A DNA stretch of 64,000 nucleotides from Naegleria gruberi. Taxonomy: Eukaryota. The translations under genes and the position numbers were made by a program. Positions 32,135-43,415 of this stretch are shown here, one piece after another. A model generated the notes under the pieces. It was given only the letters and a program-made list of their open reading frames with translations, searched no databases and was not told the DNA's origin. Within the stretch, counting starts at the first letter, position 1. The number at the start of each line of letters is the position of its first letter. The stretch lies in NCBI GenBank assembly GCA_000004985.1, contig GG738847.1. One strand, written 5' to 3'.

Positions 32135-32521
32135 TTACAATTCTCTTGTTTTAACTTGTCTATCAATTTTAGCAAGAGGAGTGGTTGGTGTTGCCACTGT
32201 TAATGGTTTCTTTGTTGTCTTGATTGAGTTCAACAAGTCTCTTACGAATTGTGGATTTCCCCAATCATCATCTTGTTCAAGTTCATCCAATGGATATGAT
32301 AAAACTCCAGTTAAAAGAGAAAGATCTAGACCTCTATCGTCATATTTCATATTAAGGAAGTGATGAAGAGTGGCTTTTGTGGATTGATCGAGTTCTTGAA
32401 GGGTTTGAACTTTTTGAGATGCATACTCCTCAGGTGCTTCAGCAACAGAACCTTCCATTCCATTTCCACCTACTTGATCCAATGAAGGAATGAAAGCTCC
32501 TTCTTCATCCTCTACATCCAA
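32135..32521 (-). CDS. Hypothetical acidic protein (128 aa)
   Basis: ORF MDVEDEEGAFIPSLDQVGGNGMEGSVAEAPEEYASQKVQTLQELDQ...PLDELEQDDDWGNPQFVRDLLNSIK. No family recognised. It may or may not be spliced to 32614..32913. Confidence 0.35.
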   Translation of the reverse strand: MDVEDEEGAFIPSLDQVGGNGMEGSVAEAPEEYASQKVQTLQELDQSTKATLHHFLNMKYDDRGLDLSLLTGVLSYPLDELEQDDDWGNPQFVRDLLNSIKTTKKPLTVATPTTPLAKIDRQVKTREL

Positions 32522-32613
32522 TGGTCGAGGAACATTTTGAAATAAATAAGAATTATCTTGTTGAGTTTGCTTTCTATATTCCGATTAAGAAAAACAATCC
32601 AAAATTCATAAAC

Positions 32614-32913
32614 CTACTCTACGTTTGCTGTTGAGTTTTTTCCGAAAATTCCCAACAATTTTCTTCCTCCTTTTTGTTCTTTTGTACTCGTAGCATCCTC
32701 ATCCTCTTGCCAACCTTTTTTCAGCAATGAATTATCTTTAGCAAGAGTGATTGGTGGTGCTGAACCACCATCATCCTCTCCATCATCGTTGGCGTTCTTT
32801 TGTTCCTGAAGGTACTTTCTTCTTCTACTTAAAACACTTCCGATATTACGATCTTTAACCTTTGTTGCTCCTTCGTTTGGGTTGACGGCATTTTCATCAG
32901 CAGCTAACGACAT
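32614..32913 (-). CDS. Hypothetical small basic/acidic protein (99 aa)
   Basis: ORF MSLAADENAVNPNEGATKVKDRNIGSVLSRRRKYLQEQKNANDDGEDDGG.... No family recognised. Confidence 0.3.
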   Translation of the reverse strand: MSLAADENAVNPNEGATKVKDRNIGSVLSRRRKYLQEQKNANDDGEDDGGSAPPITLAKDNSLLKKGWQEDEDATSTKEQKGGRKLLGIFGKNSTANVE

Positions 32914-32998
32914 TTTTTTTTGTAGTTAAGAAAGGCGCCAATTTGCACAAAATACAACCAAAGGAAATAACAGTTTTACAACAATTTCAATACTCTAT

Positions 32999-35018
32999 TT
33001 ATTTTCTCTTGACAGTAGTACTGGTTGTTGGAGGTTTTTTACCTCTGAGAGGTGTAGCTGATTTTGCAGGAGCTTTCTTTTTCGGTGTTTGCTTTGGTTT
33101 TGAGCTCGATTGAGGTTCCTCAGCTCTTTTTCTGCACTTCCTTAGGGTTTTTATAATGTCGTCAATATTTTCTCTATCGATATTTCTTTGAATATCCATA
33201 CTGTGAAATCTTTTGGAATTGACCTTCTTTTTCTCTTCGGTGGGTTCAGACTTTTCCAATGCAGTTCTATTTCCTCCATTAAAGTCGTCGAATATTTTCT
33301 GTTTGAAATTAGATCAATTTGAATTGAAAATTTGTACTTACATATTTACATGATCTTTCTGTGAATAGATCAATAGAATCTTCTCTTTCATCCTCGTCTT
33401 CATCTTCGGTCTCTTCTTTCCTAATTTTAAGTTTTAGCAGTTCAATATCATCCACCTCATCTTCCACTTCGGTTTTTTGAGATGATTCAGAGTCTCCAAC
33501 ACCAATGAATGGTATTAGAACATCAGCATGTTTTGAAAATAGGGCATTAAGTGATTTGTCTACAACAGCAAGATCTTGATCTTGATATTCTACAATGGTA
33601 TGGTTCTTTGAACAACAACCTTTTTGAACAAGAATGCCACTATTAAATTTCAACGCCTTAGCTCCACAACATGGATGCTCTCCTACTATCGTTCCCTTAT
33701 CGAACCTTGCTTCTTTTTTGTGATAGGTACAGTGGCCATATTCAGCAGCAACAAAATTTTGTCTACATTTAGAGCAAAAGTATGAATGGACTAAACTCCA
33801 ACATCTCCAATAAATATCTCTCCAGCTCATTCCTGATTTTTTCAACTTGTACAAATATCCGTCAATATTCCATATCTTGTCCACAGTGTGTCTGGAAATT
33901 GCTCTACCATGAAAATCTACCTGAATTTTTGCCTTCTCACTATTGCACACCATCCATTCATATTGTGATTTGGTAAACATTGTTTGGCAATGTTGACATT
34001 TGTATATTGTAAACTCCTCATCTTCCAATAAATCTTCCAATTTTTTCATAAATAGTTTGCTTAATATTTTATCCTTCTTATCCTTAACATCGTCCAATTC
34101 GTAATCCTTGAATCGTAAAGATAATCTTTCCAATAGATCATGCTGAATACAATCCAAATCAATTGGAAGTTTAAGTATACTGTCAATGTGATCTCGAACA
34201 TAATCTAAAGTTCTCTCAACCAGAGAATCCATTTCAAGGAAATGAGACGATATTAAAATTGAAATAGCCCAGTTCACTTCTAACTTTGGCGCGGAGAGTG
34301 GATCCTTCTTAATGTAATCCATCAACCATTGAAAAATATTTACATCACAGTGGACTGAAATATCAATTTCCTCATTCTTTGCTTTTGGTTGCAATAAATA
34401 ATATTTAAAGTATTTCATTTCATTCATTAATAAATCTCTATTGCACACAAAATCCTTATTCACTTTGTTGGCATCATCATGAACGTGGATTGTAATTTCA
34501 TCAACATTCTTCTTTCTTGGCGATTTGTATTCTGTTGATTGTGTTTGGTAATTTTGATACCCAGTTGGACTTAATGATGAAGGCTGTTGAAATGATCCTT
34601 GAATTGATTGTTGATAGGAATTTGTTGGAGAAGGTTGATATGATGATTGCATCAAATGTTCGGGATACATTACTTCTCCAATAGATGATGAAGTTGATTT
34701 AGTCATTGCATTATCAACGGATGAAGCCACCGAAGGAGCATTATCATAAATTACACTCCCTGTATCAAAATCCTGAGAAATATAATATCCCTGCCTCGAA
34801 TCAACTATTGACTTTCCTTTAATCATTGTTGTTCCTTGTGGCTTCTTTTTTGTATTCACTTCTAAGGGTTTCATTCCACCATTAGATTGTATCGGAAATC
34901 TTTGAGCACTCACGTAGAGGTTATAATCTCCTCCCTCTGGCGTGGCTGTCGTTGTCGTTGCTGTAGGCCCCTTGATGGAGGACAAGTCTTGTCTGAACGA
35001 AGAGAAGCCATTAAACAT
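32999..35018 (-). CDS. BTB/POZ-domain protein with C-terminal Cys/His-rich region (KIAA1841/SANBR-like by pattern); 2 exons (35018-33342, 33298-32999)
   Basis: BTB-like block ITIHVHDDANKVNKDFVCNRDLLMNEMKYFKYYL. C-terminal YKCQHCQTMF...YWRCWSLVHSYFCSKCRQNF...GEHPCCGAKALKF...GCCSKNH. Exon 1 ends ...RSCKY before donor GTAAGT. A 43-nt intron (33299-33341) ends in ...CAAACAG, and exon 2 continues in frame as KIFDDFNGG...TVKRK. Confidence 0.6.
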
Positions 35019-35447
35019 TTTTTTAAATCTAGTATTTTAAAAAACGTACTTAAAAAAGGCGGGAATTCTATGCAAAATTTATACAAATGAGTTGAGTTTG
35101 CAAATTTGCTACTCCTATTAAGATTAAAAACATGCCACTAACCTACATTTGTTTTTTAGAAAATATACGAATCATTAAAATCTCTATTCTATTGAATATA
35201 CAAAACCTGAGGTTCCTCAATAGAAGGAGTTTAAGGACTGTCACTAAGTATAAATTTCATGCTTCTAAATCCAAAGAAATGATAAGGATAGATCTTCTCT
35301 ATACTGTTTCAATTCTTTTCAATAAAAGCTGTAATTATTGCTCCTTACATCTCAATGCCTAGTAATAAGCCAAATTGACAAAGACCAAAAATAGATCAAT
35401 TTTACGTAAAATCAAAAAAAAATGACAACACAACTGAAGATCAAACC

Positions 35448-36691
35448 TTGCCAAGAATTCAAGTTCAACCAGATTGGAACGAAATTCTATCGGAAAAACA
35501 GGTTGGAAGTAAATTTTGGGTGAATATGTTGTATCAAAACAGTTCGGAGAATGTTTATGGATTTTTGAAATTGGATTCGTTAAAGAAGCTTGTCAAGGAA
35601 GGCTTACCTGATTCTGTGGAAATTGCTAATGTGCTTGCCACAAAATCGTTGTCACTCAAGTACAAAGATAATACATATAAATATGTATCTGCTGGAATTG
35701 TGCATCCAACAATTATGAACAAGCATGCTGTTTTGTCATTGGATATTTCTCCTGCTGGCCAATTGGGTGTTAGTGGTGGAAGTGATGGATTGTTGAGAAT
35801 TTGGGAATCTGCAACAGGAGTTGTTAGAGTAAGTATAATTGGAATTAACAACAACTAATATTATTCAGAGAGATTTCAAAGGGCATTTTGGAGATGTAAC
35901 ATGTACAAGATTTTTACCAAGTGGACAAGTCATTATGTCAGGTGCATCAGATTTCCAAATTAAAATTTGGGATTTAACAAATGGTGAATGTGGAGCTACT
36001 CTTAAAGGACATAAGGGAACAATTAATGCTCTTGATTTTATTAATAGGGGTAGAAATTTCATTTGTAAGTAAGAATGATTATTTAATTTTTCTAAATAAT
36101 ATTAAAATAATAGCCTCTTCAAGAGATGGATCTTGTAAGCTTTGGGATTGCGCCTCTCAATCAGAAATCACAACAATTCATAAGGGAACTAGTCCAGTAA
36201 CTGATTGCGCTATTGCTGTAAATACCACCCTCAGTAATTCTAATTCCTCAGCTCTCGATGAAAAAGACTTTGATACCCAAGGTAAAATTGGTGCTTTTGT
36301 TTCGAGCTCTGGCTTGTTACGAGTTTTTGATGTAAGAACAAGACAATCTGTTTTTTCTCAAACCGTAGAACATGGCCTTAAATGTTGTTGTATAATAGAA
36401 GATGGATTTGTTGTGTTGGCTGGATCAGATTCTGGTCACCTAGTCAACTTGGACTTACGTAAAACCTCAAATCAAATTGAAGTTAAGAAATTAGTAGATT
36501 CTACAATTTCCTCAATAACAAGAGATGGGCAATGGTTCTCCACAGTTGATGGAGGTTGTTTCTCTACTACTCAACACTTGGAACTCACTGGAGCAGATTG
36601 TGACCCTATTTACAAAGTTATTTCCTCCACTGATGGAAAGAAGGTCTATACAGCATGCAGAGATGGTAAAGTTCGTCAATATTCAGTGTAA
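35448..36691 (+). CDS. PAAF1: Proteasomal ATPase-associated factor 1 (WD40) ortholog; 3 exons (about 35448-35828, 35869-36064, 36114-36691); initiator ATG unresolved
   Basis: Conserved blocks match human PAAF1 (given as ours / human): LPRIQVQPDW / RIQSDW; LDISPAGQLGVSGGSDGLLRIWES / LDISSRGGLGVSSSTDGTMKIWQA; GHFGDVTCTRFLPSGQVIMSGASDFQIKIWD / GHVFDVNCCRFFPSGLVVLSGGMDAQLKIW; KGHKGTINALDFINRGRNFIASSRDGSCKLWDC / KGHKGGILDTAIVDRGRNVVSASRDGTARLWDC; ELTGADCDPIYKV and CRDGKVRQY. Introns are 40 and 49 nt (GTAAGT...AG). The nearest ATG (35422) is out of frame. Confidence 0.8.
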
Positions 36692-36708
36692 AAAGTAATT
36701 GATTAAAT

Positions 36709-38151
36709 TTAATGTTCATGGATTGTCTTGGAAACAAGTAAAATTGAGTCTCTGTTGAATCTAGTGACAAATCTCAATCCATAAATACATAATGGAAGTG
36801 TAAACAGAGCAAACACTGCGAGTATAATATTACCAGGAATCGAGTAAATAAACCAGAACGACCAACCAATATAAACCCAAGATCCTTCATGAATTGAAGT
36901 CATAACTCTCTCACAAAAACCTGTATGTAAAGCATCAGAAGCCTGACATACGATATGTACTATTGGGAATGCTACAGCACAAACAGGAATAAGGAAAAAT
37001 ATCATAGAAATGAAAAATGTAAGTAAAGTTATTGGAATTTTCATGGTAAAATAAAGTACAGCAAATCCAACATCTCTACAAAATGCATACTCGAAGCAAC
37101 TATTGTATGATCTTTTTAAATATTCCCAAATACCTCCTCTACTTTCAGATTGGTTGTCAGTGTTGGTCCTAACAGGCTCCTCCACATTAGTATTCAAGAT
37201 GGTGTTAGTTTCAACTATATTTGTTTGAGGCATTATCATTACGCTCGATCTATTATTACCTGTTGATGCCCTTGAAAGTGGATTATTTGAGTGAATATCA
37301 ACTGATCTTCCTAGCATAGTTCCATAATGTTGATAATAATAAGAGTTGTGAGATGTTGGGGAGTGCATTGAGTCTACAGAATTATCAGAGTCATCAGAGT
37401 CGTAATGGTGGAATGATTCATCCAAATTATTTGTTTGTAAAATTTGTTTCATTGGTGAGGTTGGAGAAAGGAAATCTACACTTCTGGCAGGAGGTGTTTT
37501 GAAATAATAATCTCTTTCTGGATCATAAATTGCCCTAGGATCCTGTGTTGCAAGTGAAATATTGTAGGAACTGAATGTATTGGCAGTATTTACATTTTCA
37601 TTCAGTCTACTTTTCTTAATTGGAGAAGGATTAGCCAAATTGGAATCATCGACCTGAATTAAAGGATTTTCTTCCTCCTCTTTGAAATTAGATCTTGCTG
37701 TCAATGAATGAAATCCTTTGACCAATTGTTCCGTGATATTCACTAATTTGAAACGAGGAGCAATTTTATGATTCATTGCAAGCAAATGTCTTGCTAAGAA
37801 TATTTCTACAAGTACAAAGATTCGTGTCAGCCATGCAACACCTGCAAACATGAACATTCCAATAAATATCGGAGAAAAGGCTGTTGCTATTAGCAATCCT
37901 AAATAAATAGTTATAAAATATAGAAAACTCAACGGAAATGATAATAATGTATGTACAAAAGCAAAATAAGGTCTCCTCGTAAAACATGACTTGATAATAT
38001 GTTTTAAATGTTTACGTATTTTAGATGGTTGTATATAATGAGAGCAAAACCATCCTATCCAAGATTTATCCCTCTTCTTTCTCTCGGGAAAGTAGGAAAT
38101 ATATGTTGCATCAACTAGGCTGGAATTAGATCTCCTCCTAGAACTGGACAT
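36709..38151 (-). CDS. Hypothetical multi-pass membrane protein with low-complexity central loop
   Basis: 480-aa ORF. Two hydrophobic helices near the N-terminus (FAFVHTLLSFPLSFLYFITIYLGLLIATAF, IFIGMFMFAGVAWLTRIFVLVEIFLA). A Ser/Asn/Thr-rich loop. Two or three C-terminal helices (AVLYFTMKIPITLLTFFISMIFFLIPVCAVAFPIV, WSFWFIYSIPGNIILAVFALFTLPLCIY). Confidence 0.45.
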   Translation of the reverse strand: MSSSRRRSNSSLVDATYISYFPERKKRDKSWIGWFCSHYIQPSKIRKHLKHIIKSCFTRRPYFAFVHTLLSFPLSFLYFITIYLGLLIATAFSPIFIGMFMFAGVAWLTRIFVLVEIFLARHLLAMNHKIAPRFKLVNITEQLVKGFHSLTARSNFKEEEENPLIQVDDSNLANPSPIKKSRLNENVNTANTFSSYNISLATQDPRAIYDPERDYYFKTPPARSVDFLSPTSPMKQILQTNNLDESFHHYDSDDSDNSVDSMHSPTSHNSYYYQHYGTMLGRSVDIHSNNPLSRASTGNNRSSVMIMPQTNIVETNTILNTNVEEPVRTNTDNQSESRGGIWEYLKRSYNSCFEYAFCRDVGFAVLYFTMKIPITLLTFFISMIFFLIPVCAVAFPIVHIVCQASDALHTGFCERVMTSIHEGSWVYIGWSFWFIYSIPGNIILAVFALFTLPLCIYGLRFVTRFNRDSILLVSKTIHEH

Positions 38152-38619
38152 GATTTTTAAAAACTAATTTTAAATATACGTAATTCAACTATCAAATTAT
38201 TATTATATTATCATTAATTTAAATCGATTTGCAATTTTCCTTCCGATTGTTGGATTGTTGAGCGATGATTGTTGAGAGATTTTTTTTCTATTTTAAAAGA
38301 AGTAACAAAAGTAGTCATCAAGCGAGCTTTCTCTTATATTTCTCTTAGTATTAATTTGTGTATCTTGTTTTCTCATTGTCATCATAAAGCACATATTACA
38401 TTGCCATAGAAAGAGTGCAGAGTTGTGATGGAATTTTTATCAAATAAATCTCAAAGAAAAAATAGCAACAAATCCACAAAAGAAAGGAATTTTTTGTCGA
38501 TTCAATTAATTGATTTTTAAATTCCTTCCAATTTTGTGTTTATTATTCGGATCATCAAATCATTAATTTGATATGATCATCAATATACATTACTACAAAC
38601 AATCTAGATTTAAATAAGA

Positions 38620-41208
38620 ATGAAACGACCAATAACGACTAACAGTGGAAATAATGGTAGAAGTAGTTTGACCCGAAACTCTACAATAATCAACAATAAT
38701 TCTTCGGGAAGCATCATGAATACTTCTACAACTACAAATTTTACCACTACTAGTAATAGCGGAACGAATAATAGTAGTGGAACAATATATTATGCAAATA
38801 ATAGCAATAATAACAATCAGAATAATAGAAATACAATGAATGGAAATGGTACAACCTATGCAAGGCCAACATTCGGAAATCCTGTGCCACCAATGATAAA
38901 TACCTCCAATCAACAAGGCAATTCTAATAACGGAACATCTGGTGCTTCTACATTTGTTCCACCTGTGTTTCACAGGCCCAACCCAGCTCCATCGAATGCT
39001 TCATCTAGTACTAGGCCTACTGGGACTGGGACAGCTACAACTCTAAATGTTGAACGCCAGCAGTTCATTCCACCAAAAAATCAACAATTTCAAAGACCTC
39101 AATATTCAACACCCACAAACACACAAAAACGAATTAATAATATTCCACACTCTGGACTTTCCACCCCAAAGTCTGGAAAAAAGCAGCCTTTGCATTTGGT
39201 GAGCTGCCTAAGTCCTCCTTCAACTCAATTTTCCACACCCAACAGATCTACTCAAACACCAACCACACCTGTACAAACAACCTCAAAGCCTAATCCATCT
39301 TCTTCTTCGACTAATACATCTACTCTATTTCCATTTACTTCCAATTCTAATAATTCTTTCATTTCGAATAATAACAATAGTTTTAACAAACCACCACAAA
39401 CAACATCTCATGCTAGATTTGTAATACCAAATAATTATAAACCTCAGGAACAAGTTTCTAGATTGCAATCTTCTACCAATTTATCAGATTCACAAAAAGA
39501 AAATGAGGAAATTGAAAAATTAAAAGCAGAAATTGAATTACTTAGAGGAAATCTTAATAAGAAAAAATTGGAAAATGAGGAATTAGTGAGTGCCAAAAAA
39601 GAAATTGAGGAACAGCTACTTGCAGTACAATCCAAGATGGAAGAAAATCAACAGGAAAATAGTGGAATGCTTGATGAGGATGATGACTTTTTACTTGCTG
39701 TATTGGATGATATCGATGATGAGAAAACGAAAGATGATAAGTCAACCGAGGAAGCCTCACAAAATTCTCAAAAAAAGGAGACTGAAACAGAAGTCCCAAC
39801 TGAGGAAAAGATTGATAAAACAGATGAGAAGATTATTCCACTTATACCCGAAACAGCACCAAAGAAGATATCTAAAAAAAGAGTTAAATGGAAAAATAAG
39901 AATATAGCAGATCTCCAAAAAGATCCTGATCTTCACAAAGCCCTTTACAAACTATTAGTATATAAGGGAAACAGCGATATCAATCCAATGGATCCAATGG
40001 ATACAGATGAGCTAATTAATGAACCACTTTCGGGTAAATTATGGAAGGCTCACAGAACTATTTCAAATGATCAATCTAAAATGTATTCACTTCTGCCAAT
40101 TTTGAATTCCTATCTTAAACAAGCTAAAGAAGAGCAAGACATTGAATTATTCACATGCACACTGGAAACCATTTTAAAATTAGTATTAGAAAGTGAAATG
40201 TTTAGAATTGCTTTTATTGAATCGTTCTCAGAAAGCATTACAGAACTAAAGAGAAAAAAGACTATCCAAGAAAATGGCTATGCCCAACACCCTTTATTCT
40301 CTAGCACAACCATTATCATTCCAGATGGAAAGAAAAGTTCTGTTAAAGGCAAGCTTAGAGAAAAGAGAAAGTATCTACATAACTATTTAAATGATGTAGC
40401 ATACCAACCCGATTATATATTCGATTCTAATATGGATTCTATATTATTTAACCCTGAAGAGGTTCCATTAATTCGTAATGAAGTATCTGAAACAGATCTT
40501 CTTTCAGATTTATTAGGCTATTTCGCTGGTCTTCCAGATTATTTCAATCAAAGGCAGGTAGATATTCTTTGTACGATATTGGACATTGTTAAAACTCTTG
40601 CCATATGGTCTCCTGAATCAGCCCTGGCGAAATTTAATAATTTGATTGAAAATAGTTTGATGAAACAACCAATCACTATCAAAACCATTTTCTCAAATAA
40701 TAATGTTGAACTGATTCAAAAATCCTTAGAAGTCCTTACAATTCTCGTAAAATCAGAAACCATCAGATCATCATTGCAGAGTAATAATATTCTTACTAGA
40801 GTTTCAGCATTCTTGAATGTTGAAGTAGGAACTACAGAAGAAATGTTACAGTGTAGAAGAATGATTTTAAGACTATTCCACTATTTAGCGTTCCTATGCC
40901 CTGATGGAATATCTTTGTTGAAAGAAAAGCACAACAACAATAATATTGTGTTTGACGCCATGATTCTTCTGCTCAGAAAAGAGCTAGAAAACATTGCTTT
41001 ATTAGAAGATTTTTCTAACGAAAGTGAAAGAATTTATCTGATTAGAGACATTATTGTTCTCTTCAATCATATTTCTCGGTTGAATAGTCCAATACCCTAT
41101 GTTTCGCCATCTCTTAGGTTAGACTATATTTATGCCAAGACTACGATATCAATTATTCGAGAAAAGTCAAATTTCAAGGAGAAGTTCCAATTAGATGAAA
41201 TGAAATAA
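38620..41208 (+). CDS. Hypothetical 862-aa protein: N/S/T/Q-rich N-terminus, coiled coil, acidic DDDFLLAVLDDIDDE patch, helical C-terminal domain
   Basis: Single ORF. Coiled-coil segment KENEEIEKLKAEIELLRGNLNKKKLENEELVSAKKEIEEQLLAVQSKMEE. Acidic patch right after it. The C-terminal 450 aa have predicted helical-repeat character. No catalytic motif. Confidence 0.45.
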   Translation: MKRPITTNSGNNGRSSLTRNSTIINNNSSGSIMNTSTTTNFTTTSNSGTNNSSGTIYYANNSNNNNQNNRNTMNGNGTTYARPTFGNPVPPMINTSNQQGNSNNGTSGASTFVPPVFHRPNPAPSNASSSTRPTGTGTATTLNVERQQFIPPKNQQFQRPQYSTPTNTQKRINNIPHSGLSTPKSGKKQPLHLVSCLSPPSTQFSTPNRSTQTPTTPVQTTSKPNPSSSSTNTSTLFPFTSNSNNSFISNNNNSFNKPPQTTSHARFVIPNNYKPQEQVSRLQSSTNLSDSQKENEEIEKLKAEIELLRGNLNKKKLENEELVSAKKEIEEQLLAVQSKMEENQQENSGMLDEDDDFLLAVLDDIDDEKTKDDKSTEEASQNSQKKETETEVPTEEKIDKTDEKIIPLIPETAPKKISKKRVKWKNKNIADLQKDPDLHKALYKLLVYKGNSDINPMDPMDTDELINEPLSGKLWKAHRTISNDQSKMYSLLPILNSYLKQAKEEQDIELFTCTLETILKLVLESEMFRIAFIESFSESITELKRKKTIQENGYAQHPLFSSTTIIIPDGKKSSVKGKLREKRKYLHNYLNDVAYQPDYIFDSNMDSILFNPEEVPLIRNEVSETDLLSDLLGYFAGLPDYFNQRQVDILCTILDIVKTLAIWSPESALAKFNNLIENSLMKQPITIKTIFSNNNVELIQKSLEVLTILVKSETIRSSLQSNNILTRVSAFLNVEVGTTEEMLQCRRMILRLFHYLAFLCPDGISLLKEKHNNNNIVFDAMILLLRKELENIALLEDFSNESERIYLIRDIIVLFNHISRLNSPIPYVSPSLRLDYIYAKTTISIIREKSNFKEKFQLDEMK

Positions 41209-41213
41209 TCCTA

Positions 41214-43189
41214 CTAGTTCTTTTTTAAACCTCTTTGAATCTTTTGTTCTATGAGCAATTTTGCTCCATCAATAACATGATGATATTCAATAGTTCCATT
41301 GGCAACCAAGAACAATCTTCCACCAACTGTTGCTGATTTCTCCTTACATTCAACATTAATTGCAAATGAAAAATTGGATGATTGGAAATTACTAATTTTA
41401 GAGCTCTCAATAACTGTTGATTTTCCTTCCTCAATACTTTCAACAAAGGCTCTGTGATTGAGTTTATCACTACTCTCTCCCCATTGAATTACCACCTTAT
41501 TCAAGAGCTTGTCAAAAAACATTCTAATAACTCTTTGCTTTGCAGTGGTTTTCTTCCCTCTCAAAACAAGTTTCTTTGGTACGTGCATAAACATTCTGAG
41601 TCCCTTTTGTAACACATCAAGATTTATCTTGTTTCTCTCTGTGATTTCCTCTTCTGGTTTTTGATAAAAACCTGATTGATTCTTAATTGGCTCTGGTTCT
41701 GCCAATATCACACCCACTTCAGAAACATTCTTTGCTATTTTTTGAGGGAAATCACTCGTTGGATTCAATTCACCAAGAGATGTATTCAACTCTACACCGT
41801 CAAATATTTGAACGTGAGAATGTGGAGGTCTATAAATGAAAGATCTTCCTTGCAGCAATACAAGGACCTCACTTCTATCCTTATCAGAAACCAAGAATGA
41901 GTATGGATTATCGTCCCTGTACCGTATTGTCAACTTTGTGGGCATGTCTGGATCAATCTCAACATCACCCTCTATATCAGAATATGCATGTGTTGAGAAT
42001 GGCTCTTTTGTCTCTGAATCAACGTGCCTCAAATGATTCGAATAGAGTGATAAAGTATGTGGGAAAAATCTACCTCTCTTATCAATGCCAAAAACTTGGA
42101 AATGATGAAGAGAAACATTAATATCAGGCGTAAATGTAATTGCATTCGGATTCTTTTCAAAGTTAATCTCCTCATCATAATGTTCTCTAAACTCTTTTGC
42201 ATAGTATAATAGACAATTGATTATTTCATTTCTGTCCTTACTTAGAAATATTAACTATTAAGATAATTTTAATAATATTAACAATCCAAGAGTTTTAACA
42301 ACTTACTGTATCCAACTTATTAAATTGAATTCTGAAAAGTCTGAAATTTGTATTAATGTCATGTTCCTCATTGGTATCGAACGAAATCTTTTTCAAATCC
42401 ACAAAGTTTCCTTGTTGAAAGACACGTTTTGAGAATGGATCAAATACAACTATTTCCTTAGTATTGACCTTAATACACAACACTACTCCAATTATCTTCC
42501 TTCCAAAATATATTGAAAAAAAACTTACCTCTCATAAACACTTCTCCCCTCTCAGTGTAAACATAAACTGGCCAACTTGGATGCAAATACAAGAATCCTT
42601 CATCAATTTCATGGAAATCATCTCCAAACTTTTCATTTTCATGAACCAGCACACTTGTTTCTGAATTAGTATTACTGTGATTACTCGAGCTGTTGGATAG
42701 AATAAGTGATCCTTTTGCTTCAAATCGTCCTGGGGTTGCTGATTTGGATTTTCCAATCTCTCCTATTGCTGTCCCTCCAAGTGGATCAATTGCATTTTGA
42801 AAGGTTGCATTTCTAGTGGTAGTAGTAATAAAGTTTGCAGACTTGGAATTTCTGTAACGGTCATTTCTGTCATGTTCTGTTTGTTGTGAATGAATTATTG
42901 AGGAAGGTTGGGCATGTGATATGGAAACTCCAATAGTCGATAATTGATTACGAAACATTGAAGAGGCAGAAGATGATGATGGATAGTGTTGAGGGAAGGT
43001 TTGTTCGGAGGTTCTTCTCATTGATGATTCCATATTTTGCTGTTGATGCTGTTGTTGTGATGCATATGTCGAGGATTGTTGAGGCATTGGTTGTTGTTGA
43101 CGATGCTGTTGCTGGTGGTGAAATTGAGAGAAAAGTGATTGAGGTAGATGCTGAGGTGTACTGTTTGTAGAAGCATAGAAATTGGGCAT
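41214..43189 (-). CDS. Hypothetical Gln-rich protein with C-terminal beta-rich (PH-like?) region; 3 exons with about 57- and 50-nt introns near 42457-42513 and 42245-42294
   Basis: Exon 1 43189-42514 (Q/H/S-rich, ...LHPSWPVYVYTERGEVFMR). Exon 2 about 42456-42295 (NTKEIVVFDPFSKRVFQQGNFVDLKKISFDT...). Exon 3 about 42244-41214 (…RHVDSETKEPFSTHAYSDIEGDVEIDPDMPTKLTIRYRDDNPYSF...). Donors are GTAAGT in both cases. Confidence 0.45.
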
Positions 43190-43415
43190 TTTTTTCTGTA
43201 TGTTTTATAACGGATAGTTTTGGACACTTACCTTAATGAATGTTGGATTGAAACGGACGAATTTGCATTACTAGCACTGCTGTAATGAATATGGATTTTG
43301 TGAATGAGTTTATACAAGGTTTTTTATTGAAAGTGGAAGAAAAGTATTGAGGGTGTTTCTCGTATTATTGAGATTGGTAATTGTGTACAAATTTAATCCT
43401 ATTTAACATGTTGAA

